Source: Trueperaceae bacterium (GTDB lineage Bacteria; Deinococcota; Deinococci; Deinococcales; Trueperaceae). From it: a DNA stretch of 64,000 nucleotides. Below the pieces are notes generated by a model. It was not told where the DNA came from, did no database searches, and saw only the letters and a list, made by a program, of their open reading frames with translations. Positions 48,599 through 58,194 of this stretch are shown one piece after another; the first letter of the stretch is position 1, and each line of letters starts with the position of its first letter. The stretch is taken from NCBI GenBank assembly GCA_965213705.1, contig OZ243913.1:2048001-2112000 (forward strand), in the 5' to 3' direction. Position numbers and translations under genes: made by a program.

Positions 48599-49195
48599 AT
48601 GAACATCGGCGTGGTGCTGTTTCACGAGGTCAACGAACTCGACGTGGTCGGCCCTTACGCGGTGCTGGACACCGCGAGGGTGTTGCTGGTCGAGGCCGAC
48701 GCGGACGGGTTCGACCTCTTTACCGTGGCAAAGTCGCGGAACTCGGTCCAAACCTCGGCGGCCATGACCGTTACGCCGAGTTGGGCCTTTGCCAGCGCGC
48801 CGCCTTTCGACGTGCTCGTCGTTCCCGGCGGGCGCGGAGTGGAGGGGGCGCTGAAAGACAAGCCCCTGCGCCACTACCTGCAAGCGCAGCGTCCGACCCT
48901 CAAAATTCTAGCGAGCGTGTCCGGTGGCGCGCTGCTTTTGGGCGCACTCGGTTACCTGAAAGACCAGGTGGTCACCACGCACCCCGACCTTTTTGGGCGC
49001 GTCGAGGACTACGAAGTGCTGCGGGTTTCCAAAGACCGCGTCGTTAAAAACGAGAGCGGGGTGTGGTGCGCGGGCGGCGGGGCGGCGGGCTTGGAGCTAG
49101 CTTTGGAGCTTGTCCGGCACCTCTACGACGACGCGCTCGCCAAACGGGTGGCGCGTCATCTCGACATCGTCTCGGTGCAGCCCGGTCTTTTTTAG
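48599..49195 (+). CDS. DJ-1/PfpI family protein (nucleophile Cys replaced by Ser)
   Basis: NELDVVGP, DVLVVPGG, ASVSGGALLLG..G.L, TTH. Confidence 0.85.
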   Translation: MNIGVVLFHEVNELDVVGPYAVLDTARVLLVEADADGFDLFTVAKSRNSVQTSAAMTVTPSWAFASAPPFDVLVVPGGRGVEGALKDKPLRHYLQAQRPTLKILASVSGGALLLGALGYLKDQVVTTHPDLFGRVEDYEVLRVSKDRVVKNESGVWCAGGGAAGLELALELVRHLYDDALAKRVARHLDIVSVQPGLF

Positions 49196-49205
49196 GAAAC
49201 ACGTC

Positions 49206-50435
49206 TCAGCGCAGGTAGGGCTCTAAGCTTATCACCTCGACGGTTTCGCCGGGTTCGTACGAAGTTTGCGGCGGTACCACCGCGAGCGCGTCGGCCGCGA
49301 GCATCGAGGTCAGCACACCCGAACTCTGGTTGCCCGTTGACACGGCGCTGAGCCCGGAGGGGGCCGCGACGAGCCTGACCCGGCTGAACGTCTCCTTGGC
49401 GCTCGCACCCTTCAAGCGCACGCCCGCCGTCACCGTCAAGCGCCGGTGATAGGGGAGTATTTGCGCGCTGAGCGTCGCCCGGCTTAGAAACGCTTTAGCT
49501 AAGATGAGAAACGCGACCATGCTCGAGACCGGGTTGCCCGGCAGGCCCAGTACCGGCAGCTCGCGCCAGCGCCCGAACAGCACCGGCCCGGCGGGGCGCT
49601 GCGCGACCTTCCAAAAATACACCTCTCCGTGGTCGAACAGCAGGTCGCGGACAAAGTCGTAACGGCCCATTGACACGCCGCCGGAGGTGAGCAGGAGGTC
49701 CAGGTCGCCCGCCGCGGCAACCGCCGCGGCGAGTTTCGCGGGGTCGTCGGCGACGTGCTCGAGCACGACCGGCTCGGCTCCCGCCGCGAGGACGAGCCCC
49801 GCAACCGAAAAGGTGTTCGAGTTGTAAACCTGACCCGCCGCGAGCGGCGTGCCGGGCGTGACGACCTCGTCGCCCGTGGCGAGGACGCCGACCCGCGGCC
49901 TGCGCGCGACCTCCAAACTCGCGTAGCCCATCGACGCCGCCACACCGACCGAGGCGGCGTCCAGCGTCAGCCCGCGGGTCAAGTGAACCTCGCCCGTGCG
50001 GAAGTCCTGGCCCAGGGGCCGGATGTCGCCGGGGCTGGCCGGGGTGAAGAGCAGCACCTGGTCGCCCTCTCGAGCAGTGTCTTCGACGCGGATGATGGCG
50101 TCGGCCCCACTGGGCACCGGCGCGCCCGTGTAGATGCTCACCGCCCGGCCCTCGGTAACCTCGCCCTTAAAAAAACTCCCCGCGGGCACGTGGCCGACGA
50201 CGTTCAGCCGCACTGGACTGTCCCGCGTCGCCGCCAGCGTGTCCGCCGCGCGGCAGGCGTAACCGTCCAGCGCCGAATTGTCGACGCTCGGGTGGTCGAC
50301 GCGACTCGCCAAACTTTGCGCCAGCACGCGGCCGTAAGCCTGGAGAAGCGGCACCGTCTCGGTGGGCAGGGTCGGTGCTCGGTCCTGGAGAATCCGGATG
50401 GCCTCGAGCACGCTGATTTGGGTGGGGTAGGTCAT
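49206..50435 (-). CDS. moeA: Molybdopterin molybdenumtransferase
   Basis: SALDGYA, IYTGAPVP, TGDE, SGGVSMG, GLPGNPVS, QSSG.L.S. Confidence 0.95.
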   Translation of the reverse strand: MTYPTQISVLEAIRILQDRAPTLPTETVPLLQAYGRVLAQSLASRVDHPSVDNSALDGYACRAADTLAATRDSPVRLNVVGHVPAGSFFKGEVTEGRAVSIYTGAPVPSGADAIIRVEDTAREGDQVLLFTPASPGDIRPLGQDFRTGEVHLTRGLTLDAASVGVAASMGYASLEVARRPRVGVLATGDEVVTPGTPLAAGQVYNSNTFSVAGLVLAAGAEPVVLEHVADDPAKLAAAVAAAGDLDLLLTSGGVSMGRYDFVRDLLFDHGEVYFWKVAQRPAGPVLFGRWRELPVLGLPGNPVSSMVAFLILAKAFLSRATLSAQILPYHRRLTVTAGVRLKGASAKETFSRVRLVAAPSGLSAVSTGNQSSGVLTSMLAADALAVVPPQTSYEPGETVEVISLEPYLR

Positions 50436-50602
50436 AGCGGTATGCTACCGGCTTTGGGCGGCACTGCACCAGCGGCGCCGAGTCACGTGCGGGCGCGCGA
50501 GCGTCTGGCCTGTAGTTTGTTCTCCCCTTTGAGGGCGGAGGGGTCTAGCAGAGGAGCCCAAGAAGGCGAAGTCAAAGCGGTTCATCTCAGTAGTTTTGGA
50601 AG

Positions 50603-51742
50603 CTACTCTGCCTGAGCGAAAAACCTTTTCAAGATGCCGTTGAGTTGCAGCAATCCGCGCTCGGTGGCGCGCAGGTGTGGCCCGACGACCTCGAGCAAGT
50701 CCCGCCCCGCCAAGTCGTTTATAAGCGCCCGATACTTCTCGAGAACGTCGATTCCCGTCCGTTCGGCGAGCGCGGCAACGTCGACCCCGACCCGCGTCCG
50801 CAAACCCGTCATGAACACGTCGAGGACGAAATCCTCGGGCATTACGAGCAGGCTTTCGGGCGGCGCACCCTCGAGCCAGCTCTTTATCGGCCCGTTCGTC
50901 CGCCGCACCCCAATTACCCTTTCTCCTTTCTCCCCCCTTTCCCCTGACTTTCCTCCCCCCGGCACAAACCCCGCCGCCGACGGCCCCAAGTTCAAAAAAT
51001 GCTCGCCCCGCCAGTACACCTGGTTGTGTTTGGATTCGTGCCCCGGTTTGGCGTGGCTCGAGACCTCGTAACGCTCCAAACCGTAGCCCCTCAAAATAGC
51101 CCGCGCCAGCGCGTAGTCGTCGGCCTCTTTGTCCTCATTCACCGTCACGCCGCGCAGCGCGAAGGGCGTGTAGGGTTCAATCGTGAGGCTGTAAACGCTG
51201 ACGTGGGGCACGCCGGTACTCGCCAGCGCGCGCAAGTCTTTGGCCGCGTCCTGGTTTAACACGCCCGTGATGAGGTCGGCGGAAACCTCGAAACCCCCCT
51301 CGAGCGCCATTTCCACCGCCCGCAAACCCTGTGCGCCGTCGTGCAAACGGCCCAGAAATTTCAACATCTCGTCCTGCGTCGACTGCAGCCCGATGGACAA
51401 GCGGTTGAAACCGAGCGCTTTGAACGTCTCGAGCCTCGTCTCGTTAAAGGTCAAGGGGTCGGCCTCGAGGGTGGTTTCCACAGCGGCAGGCCAGCCCCAG
51501 GTCTTCTCGAAAATGCTCACCACCCGCGCCAATTCCGCGTCGGACAAATGTGAGGGGGTGCCGCCGCCGAAGTAAACGGTGTCCAAACGGGTTGGAAATT
51601 CTTTGTGAAGTTCAAGCGCTTCTTGCTCGAGCCTGTCCAAATAAGCAGCGACCAAACCCTCATGTCGGTGCATTTTGTGAAAGTCGCAGTAGGGGCAAAC
51701 TTTGGGGCAAAAGGGAACGTGGAGGTACATCGCGTGCGGCAC
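50603..51742 (-). CDS. hemW: Radical SAM heme chaperone HemW
   Basis: YLHVPFC..VCPYCDF, GGGTPS, NRLSIG.Q, YEVS, HNQVYW. Confidence 0.9.
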   Translation of the reverse strand: MPHAMYLHVPFCPKVCPYCDFHKMHRHEGLVAAYLDRLEQEALELHKEFPTRLDTVYFGGGTPSHLSDAELARVVSIFEKTWGWPAAVETTLEADPLTFNETRLETFKALGFNRLSIGLQSTQDEMLKFLGRLHDGAQGLRAVEMALEGGFEVSADLITGVLNQDAAKDLRALASTGVPHVSVYSLTIEPYTPFALRGVTVNEDKEADDYALARAILRGYGLERYEVSSHAKPGHESKHNQVYWRGEHFLNLGPSAAGFVPGGGKSGERGEKGERVIGVRRTNGPIKSWLEGAPPESLLVMPEDFVLDVFMTGLRTRVGVDVAALAERTGIDVLEKYRALINDLAGRDLLEVVGPHLRATERGLLQLNGILKRFFAQAE

Positions 51743-52002
51743 GCTCCCAAGGATAAGCGAAGGGTCTCTGAGAGAGGGTCGTGGTTGCAGCAGAAAATAG
51801 GCCAACCGCAAGGTTATCAAGCCATTCACCGTTCGTCTTTGCGAACGAATGTGAAGCAATCTCCACGTTTGCAGTGCGTTGGCAACCGGCGTATGTGAGT
51901 TTGGCTTAGTGCCTACGCTCTCTCGCAGCGACAATTTTTGACGCGACCTGACTTTGTAGTCACCTACAGTAGTCACCTACAGCAAAAATAGTTACCTGCA
52001 GC

Positions 52003-52029
52003 AAAAAGGGCGGGTTTCGAACCCGCCCC
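52003..52029 (-). terminator. Rho-independent terminator of the ABC operon
   Basis: GGGCGGGTT-TCG-AACCCGCCC hairpin with a T-run on the minus strand. Confidence 0.8.
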
Positions 52030-52050
52030 TACGCGTATTAAGGTGTGCCG

Positions 52051-53394
52051 TTAATTCATTTCGGCGAGTTGGTCTTCCAAGATGATGTTGGCTTCTTCGT
52101 TGGCCGCGGCCAAGGTTTCGGCCACGTCGGCACCGTCGATGATGGAGGCCATGTCCTCACGGATGCGGTCGCGGACGAAGTCGTAACCGGGGACGGGCGG
52201 CTCGGCCTTGGAGTATTCCAAAAGGTCGAAAGCGGTCTCGTAAGCCGGGTCGGCGGCGAAGTAGTCGCCTAAATTTTCAGCTACGCTCTCACGCACCGGA
52301 AAGTAGTTGCTGGCGCGCGCCCAGTCGGCCTGGACTTCGGGGCTGGTGTAGTACTTGAGGAATATCCAAGCTGCTAAGTCCTCTTCCGGCGTGTGGCCCG
52401 AAGGAATGCTGACCGACGCGCCGTAAACGTTCACGACCGGGTTCTCGGTGGTGTGCGGCAGGGCGCTAACGCTCCAGTCGAACGCGCCGCCCTCTTCAAC
52501 CGCGCTGCGGTAAAAGGGCAAGCCCGAGGACGAGCCGATGGCGAACAGTGTGCGGCCCGCGCCGAAGTCGGTCTGGTCGCCGTACTGCTCGGTCACGATG
52601 CTGGCGCAACCCTCTGCGACGAGGTCTTGCAAAAAGGTCATGGCCTCGACCGCCGCCGGGCTGTCCAGGGTGTACTGGTTGGCCTCGTAGTTGAACATGT
52701 CGCCGCCGAAGGCAAACGTCCAGCTCGCGAAGCGGCTCGCGTCGATGGAGATTTCGTAGCCGATGGAGGTGTCGTCGGCCGCACCGCTGAAACCGTTTTG
52801 GCTGGCGGCGCAGGCGGCCTCTCTAAACTGCTCGGGCGTACCGGGCGGGCCGTCGAAGCTTACCAAACCGGCGTCTTGGAGTTCTTGGAGCCAAGACTCG
52901 TTGTAGTACATCACCTCGGCCGAACGGTTGGGCGGAAAGCCCAAGCGCTGGTTGCCGAAGCTCGGGAACACGTCGGCGTTGTAAAAGCCGGGAAAAAAGT
53001 CGGCCTTGGCCTCGTCGTCCAAACCCCACTTCGCGCTGTTGACGAGCGGGTCCATGTCGACGACGCCGTCTTGCACCTCGTAGGTGGCGGCCTGGTTTTG
53101 GTAGGCCACGACCAAGTTGGGCGCGTCCGAAGTGCCGAGCAGTGGCAGCATCTTTTGGAAGATGTCGCCGTAACCGCCCTGAAACTCGGCGTTGACGGTG
53201 ATGCCGTACTCGTTGTTCGCGTTGAAGTCCGCGACGATGTTGTCGAGTTCGGCCTCGCGCTCCTGGGTGTGCTGGTGCCAGAACGAAATGGTCTGGCCCG
53301 TCGGGTCTACGTTTTCGAAGTCCGTGGCGTCTTGCGCGTACACCGTGCCCACGGTGAGCAGCGCCAACAGCAGGGCGAATAAACCTTTTCTCAT
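52051..53394 (-). CDS. Carbohydrate ABC substrate-binding protein (UgpB-like)
   Basis: Signal peptide, ISFWH, P.NRS...YYN, AAWIFLKY.TSPE.QA.WA..SNYFP. Confidence 0.88.
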   Translation of the reverse strand: MRKGLFALLLALLTVGTVYAQDATDFENVDPTGQTISFWHQHTQEREAELDNIVADFNANNEYGITVNAEFQGGYGDIFQKMLPLLGTSDAPNLVVAYQNQAATYEVQDGVVDMDPLVNSAKWGLDDEAKADFFPGFYNADVFPSFGNQRLGFPPNRSAEVMYYNESWLQELQDAGLVSFDGPPGTPEQFREAACAASQNGFSGAADDTSIGYEISIDASRFASWTFAFGGDMFNYEANQYTLDSPAAVEAMTFLQDLVAEGCASIVTEQYGDQTDFGAGRTLFAIGSSSGLPFYRSAVEEGGAFDWSVSALPHTTENPVVNVYGASVSIPSGHTPEEDLAAWIFLKYYTSPEVQADWARASNYFPVRESVAENLGDYFAADPAYETAFDLLEYSKAEPPVPGYDFVRDRIREDMASIIDGADVAETLAAANEEANIILEDQLAEMN

Positions 53395-53546
53395 AAAAAC
53401 TCCCTTCAAGAGTTGCATCCTTTGAAAGACGCCGCGCTGACCAGTTTGGCGCGGTGCCACAAAAACGGCGCTGAGCCGTCGATGCTGAGGATAGCTCGAG
53501 GACGGTCCACCGTCTTGACAGGGCGTGAACGTGTTCGTCAACGTCC

Positions 53547-54434
53547 TCACCCTTTTAGCCCCGACGTGGCGATGCCCTCGGTAAAAAACTTCTGCGTAAA
53601 AAAGTAGACAATCAAAATGGGGATGATGGTGATGACCGCGCCCGCCATGACGAGGTGCGTCTGCGGCCCGGCCTCGTTCACGAACGTGTAGAGCCCGACG
53701 CCCAGGGGCCGCCACTGCGGCGTGGTAGTGACGAGCAGCGGCCAGATAAATTCGTTCCAGGACGCGACGAAAGCGAGCAGCGTGACCGTCATCAGGACCG
53801 GGCGGCTCATGGGGATGACGACTTTGGTCAAAAAGGTGACGTGGCCCGCGCCGTCTATTTGCGCGGCGTCCCAGAGTTCGCGGGGTATTCCGGCAAAAAA
53901 CTGGCGCAACAAAAAGATGCTAAAGGCGCTCGCCATAAACGGCACCGTCAGCGCGGGCAACGTGTTGAGCCACGACCCCCAGGGGATGATGGTGCCCCTA
54001 ATCAGCAGCAGGTTCGGGATAAACGTCACCGTCGTCGGAATCATCAGGGTTGCCAGCAGTCCCAAAAAAATCGCCTCACGCCCCGGAAACTCGATGCGTG
54101 CAAACGCGTAGCCCGCCAGCACCGAGGTAAACAGCATCCCCACAATCGTGACGGCCGTGATAATCACGCTGTTGCGAAAATACAGGCTGAAGTCGGCCTC
54201 GTTCCAGGCGGTCGCGTAGTTCTGCCACTGCGGACTCTCGGGCACGAGTTGCTTTAAAATCGTCTCGCCCAGGGTCATGAGCGAGGTCGCTATCATGTAC
54301 AAAAACGGCGTCAGGCACACGATGGCCCCGACGAGCAGGACGAGGTAAACGGGCAGGTGCCCGAGTTTGAACTCGTACGCTTCACGTATAGGTTTGGGGG
54401 TCTCGAGCCCGTCCCCCGCTACCGCCCTAGCCAC
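53547..54434 (-). CDS. Carbohydrate ABC permease (MalG/UgpE type)
   Basis: YFRNS, AGYAFAR, LLRQFF, DAAQIDGA, WNEFIWPL. Confidence 0.93.
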   Translation of the reverse strand: MARAVAGDGLETPKPIREAYEFKLGHLPVYLVLLVGAIVCLTPFLYMIATSLMTLGETILKQLVPESPQWQNYATAWNEADFSLYFRNSVIITAVTIVGMLFTSVLAGYAFARIEFPGREAIFLGLLATLMIPTTVTFIPNLLLIRGTIIPWGSWLNTLPALTVPFMASAFSIFLLRQFFAGIPRELWDAAQIDGAGHVTFLTKVVIPMSRPVLMTVTLLAFVASWNEFIWPLLVTTTPQWRPLGVGLYTFVNEAGPQTHLVMAGAVITIIPILIVYFFTQKFFTEGIATSGLKG

Positions 54435-55644
54435 CTCTGGCCTCCTTGCCGAAAAAGCGGTTTTGCATCAAGGTAAGCAGCAGAATCACCGCGAACAGCA
54501 CGATGGACTGCGCCGCGGCCAAGGTAAAGTCGTTGCGTTTGTAAAAGGTGTCGAAGATAACCAGGCTCGCCGTGTCCACGCTGTCGCGGACGAAGCCGTT
54601 CGTCGCCTCACGCATCACGAACAGGTGGGTGAACGCCTGAAACGTGCCGATAAACCCGAGCACGGTGAGGTAAAAGGTCACGGGCGACAGCAACGGCACG
54701 GTGATGTTCCAAAACTTTTGCACGTGGTTCGCGCCGTCGATTTCCGCCGCTTCGTAAAGGTTGACGGGGATGTTGCCGAGTCCGGCCAAAAAGATGACTA
54801 CGTTGTAGCCTGTGTAGGTCCAGATGCCGAACAAGATAATGGTAAAGAGCGCCATGCTCGGTCCCAGCCACAAGCCTTCCCACTGCCACGACGCGCCGAG
54901 GTTCGTCAGCCACTCGTTGAAGCGGGCGATTTGAGCGCCGAACATCACTTCCAACAGCGGTCTGCGCTCGAACAGCCAGCGCTGCGGTGCAAGACCGAAC
55001 AGCGCTGCGACCTGGTTTGCCAGGCGCTCCTCGCGCGGGCTGAAAATGGCCTGAAACACGACCGCCCCCGCCACCGCCGGGGTGACGTAGGGCAAAAAGT
55101 AGAGCATCCTGAACAGTTCTTGCCCCTTGATTTTTTGAAACAGCAAGTAAGCGATGACAAGAGCCAGGGCAATCTGCACCGGAATCGACGCGAAACCGTA
55201 GAAGACGGTGCGCACCAGGCCCTCCAAAAAATCTTTGTTTTTGCTGGCCGCCATCATCAAATTCCAACCCAGCGCTACCGACACGCCCGCGCCGAGCAAC
55301 AGGGCGGCGCCCAAGGCGCGCCACCCGGCTTGCTTGCCGGAGCGCAGAAACGCGTCCGTCCACAGCCAGTGCGCCGCCAGCACGAGGAGCAAACCGCCGA
55401 AAAAAGCGAGCGCGCCCCACCAGTCGCCCAAAATGCGGCTGTAGTTTTCCAACCCCACAAACCGGCCCGCCTCGACGCGGCGGCGGAACAGGCTCATGTA
55501 GAGCGCGTAGCCGATAGGGAACAGCCCGAACACGGCGATGATAAGGCAAGCAGGTAAGACAAACAAATAGCCGGTCAACCCCTCGCTCGTTTTGCGTGAG
55601 AGGCGGCGCGGCGTTTCGAGTGTTTGAACAGACGTGACAGCCAT
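54427..55644 (-). CDS. Carbohydrate ABC permease (MalF/UgpA type)
   Basis: FVGLENY, FLPYVTP, LYEAAEIDGA, ITVPLLSP. Confidence 0.93.
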   Translation of the reverse strand: MAVTSVQTLETPRRLSRKTSEGLTGYLFVLPACLIIAVFGLFPIGYALYMSLFRRRVEAGRFVGLENYSRILGDWWGALAFFGGLLLVLAAHWLWTDAFLRSGKQAGWRALGAALLLGAGVSVALGWNLMMAASKNKDFLEGLVRTVFYGFASIPVQIALALVIAYLLFQKIKGQELFRMLYFLPYVTPAVAGAVVFQAIFSPREERLANQVAALFGLAPQRWLFERRPLLEVMFGAQIARFNEWLTNLGASWQWEGLWLGPSMALFTIILFGIWTYTGYNVVIFLAGLGNIPVNLYEAAEIDGANHVQKFWNITVPLLSPVTFYLTVLGFIGTFQAFTHLFVMREATNGFVRDSVDTASLVIFDTFYKRNDFTLAAAQSIVLFAVILLLTLMQNRFFGKEARGG

Positions 55645-55845
55645 AGAGTTCAGGTGCGTTTCGTCGGCGGGTTCGTCATGCTGGCCCCATTTCGGAAAGT
55701 GTAAGCGGCGACTGTCAGCGGTGTGTCACCTTTCGGTGAGACACTTCACACCAGTGTACCTCGAGTCCCTTTTTATACTAGACTCGAGAGAGGAGGGCGG
55801 GGTCAGTTGACCGACAAACCATGACTGATTTGTGTAACACTCAAA

Positions 55846-56922
55846 ATGATGGCTGAATTAGTAAGCATCATCATCGACAACTACAACTACGCGCAGTTTT
55901 TGCGCGAGGCGGTTGACAGCGCCCTTTGTCAGAGCTACCCGAACACAGAAGTCATCGTTGTGGACGACGGTTCGACCGACGACTCCCGCAACATCATCGC
56001 TTCTTACGGTGACCGCGTCGTGCCCGTCGTCAAGGCCAACGGCGGCCAGGGTTCGGCTTTCAACGCGGGCTTCGCGGTCAGCCGCGGCCACATCATATTT
56101 TTCTTGGACGCCGACGACTTTTTGCACCCGCACGCGGTTTCCCAGGTCGTTCAGGCGTACAAAGCGAATTTTGTCAAGGTGCAGTTTAAGTTGCGCGTGT
56201 GTGACAGGTATTCAAAACCTCTGCCGTACACAGACCCTCGAAACGACAAGGAAATGGCCCAAGGCGACGTGAGCGCCGAGCTTTTGTCGCGCGGCACCTA
56301 CACGACCCCGCCCACGAGCGGCAACGCTTTCTCGCGCTGGTATTTGGAAAAGATTTTACCCATGCCGGAAGAACCTTACCGGCAGGGTGCCGACGGCGGT
56401 TACTTAAACCTGCTGGCGCCTCTTTACGGGGAAATATGTTCGGTCGACCAAGAACTCGGCATGTACCGCCATCACGGCGGTAACTTTTACGCACAGACCT
56501 CACCCGGGTTCGACGAAAAGTGGTTTCTGGTGCGGGTGGAACGCGACGTGCGCAAAGAAGCCCTGTTGCGCCAAAAAGCGGCCGAGCTGGGCTTTGTCGT
56601 GGACAGAAACCCGCTGGAACGCAACTTCTTGGCGCAGACGCGGCGGCTGGTTACTTTTCGGCTCAACCGTGAAGACCATCCGGCCCAGGACGACACCCGC
56701 GCCGAGCTGTTCAGCAAAAGTTTGACCGCCGCCTGGCGCTACAGCGACGACCGGCTTGGCGAAAAAATACTGGTCAGCCTGTGGTTGGTGGGGGCGACGT
56801 GGTTGCCTTTGTCAGCTGCTCGAGAGGTCATCGCGTGGCGCTTTGACGCCGACACGCGGCCGAAGTTCGTCGGTAACCTGGTCAAAAGGGTGAGAAAACT
56901 GTTACCTAGGTCGTACGGCTAG
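55846..56922 (+). CDS. Glycosyltransferase family 2
   Basis: VSIIIDNYNY, VVDDGSTD, NGGQ.SAFN.G, FLDADD. Confidence 0.92.
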   Translation: MMAELVSIIIDNYNYAQFLREAVDSALCQSYPNTEVIVVDDGSTDDSRNIIASYGDRVVPVVKANGGQGSAFNAGFAVSRGHIIFFLDADDFLHPHAVSQVVQAYKANFVKVQFKLRVCDRYSKPLPYTDPRNDKEMAQGDVSAELLSRGTYTTPPTSGNAFSRWYLEKILPMPEEPYRQGADGGYLNLLAPLYGEICSVDQELGMYRHHGGNFYAQTSPGFDEKWFLVRVERDVRKEALLRQKAAELGFVVDRNPLERNFLAQTRRLVTFRLNREDHPAQDDTRAELFSKSLTAAWRYSDDRLGEKILVSLWLVGATWLPLSAAREVIAWRFDADTRPKFVGNLVKRVRKLLPRSYG

Positions 56923-57036
56923 GTTCTGGGAACACGCTTTGTGGTGGTTAAAGAGTAAAAGGGTCGGCGGGCGGAGGTCGCTTCGGTTCGTGCCTCGGCT
57001 TGTGGGTACAGGTTGACGGGTATAGTCTGTACAGCC

Positions 57037-58113
57037 GTGCCCAGACCCCATCAAAAAACAAACCGTCGTCCGGCACGCGGGCAACCTGAGCGCTTTGTCG
57101 CCGAACTCGAGCTTCTTGGCGGTTTACTTCCCTTTGCCCTAAAAGAAGTACAAACCCTGCACAACCTCACGGTCGCGTACCAAAAAGAGGAGGCTTTGGG
57201 CGTCGTCACCCGTGACCTCAGCGTTCTTTTAAAGTTGCGCCGCGTGGTCGCCGCTTACCTAGTCACGCACTTCGACGTGCCGCGTCCCAGGGCCCTGTTG
57301 GGTGACGAGCATTTTCGGCGACTGCTCGGTGCCTTGGACACGGTACGCAGTTTGCGGCCGGCGGGCGCTTTTGAGAGTTTTCGCTTCGGCGCGGCGGGCA
57401 GCGACTCGCCCACATACCGGCGCTTGGCTGCCCGTCTTGCCACCGAGACCGGTCTGGCTTACGACCCGGACGAGGGCGACTTGTTGCTGCGTGTTCGGCC
57501 CGGCAAGACGGGTTGGGAAGTTTTGACCCGGCTCACGCCGCGCCCCTTGAGCGCTCGAGACTGGCGAGTGTGCAACTTGACCGGCGGCCTCAACGCCACG
57601 GTCGCCGTCGCCATGAACGACCTGGCTCAAGCAGTTTCGCCCGACGCTGTGACGAGCGACCGCTACCTAAACGCTATGTGCGGCTCGGGGACGCTGCTCG
57701 TCGAGCGAGCTTTGGTCGGGGGCGTGCGCTTCGTCGGTTGCGACCTGAGCGCCGGGGCGCTCGGTTGCGCCGCGCAAAACCTGCAAGCGGCGGGGGTGAC
57801 GAAGGTTGAACTCGTGCAAGCGGACGCCACCAGGCTGCCCTTTGCCGACCGCAGCTTCGACACCCTGAGCGCCGACCTACCCTGGGGTGACGCGGTCGGG
57901 ACACACGCCGAGAACGCCGCGCTGTACCCCGCTTTTTTGACCGAGATGGCGCGGGTCGCCGCCGAACACGCCCGCCTTGTCGTGCTGACCCACGAAATCA
58001 AACTTTTTGAGCGCGTGTTGGCGGGGCAAAGCGGCTGGCGGCGCGAGCGCGAACTGCGCGTGTCCCACGGCGGCCACCACCCGCGAATGTACTTGCTGAG
58101 GCCGAAAAAGTAG
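57037..58113 (+). CDS. Putative RNA methyltransferase (UPF0020/THUMP-associated family)
   Basis: RPLSARDWR, MCGSGTLLVE, DAT.LPF, DLPWG. Confidence 0.8.
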   Translation: MPRPHQKTNRRPARGQPERFVAELELLGGLLPFALKEVQTLHNLTVAYQKEEALGVVTRDLSVLLKLRRVVAAYLVTHFDVPRPRALLGDEHFRRLLGALDTVRSLRPAGAFESFRFGAAGSDSPTYRRLAARLATETGLAYDPDEGDLLLRVRPGKTGWEVLTRLTPRPLSARDWRVCNLTGGLNATVAVAMNDLAQAVSPDAVTSDRYLNAMCGSGTLLVERALVGGVRFVGCDLSAGALGCAAQNLQAAGVTKVELVQADATRLPFADRSFDTLSADLPWGDAVGTHAENAALYPAFLTEMARVAAEHARLVVLTHEIKLFERVLAGQSGWRRERELRVSHGGHHPRMYLLRPKK

Positions 58114-58194
58114 CCTCCGGGTCAGTCATCTTGATAGCAGGTGCGGCCGACTTTCTTCCAGGTTCACTCGAACGGGGTGAGGCAAAAACGGGAA

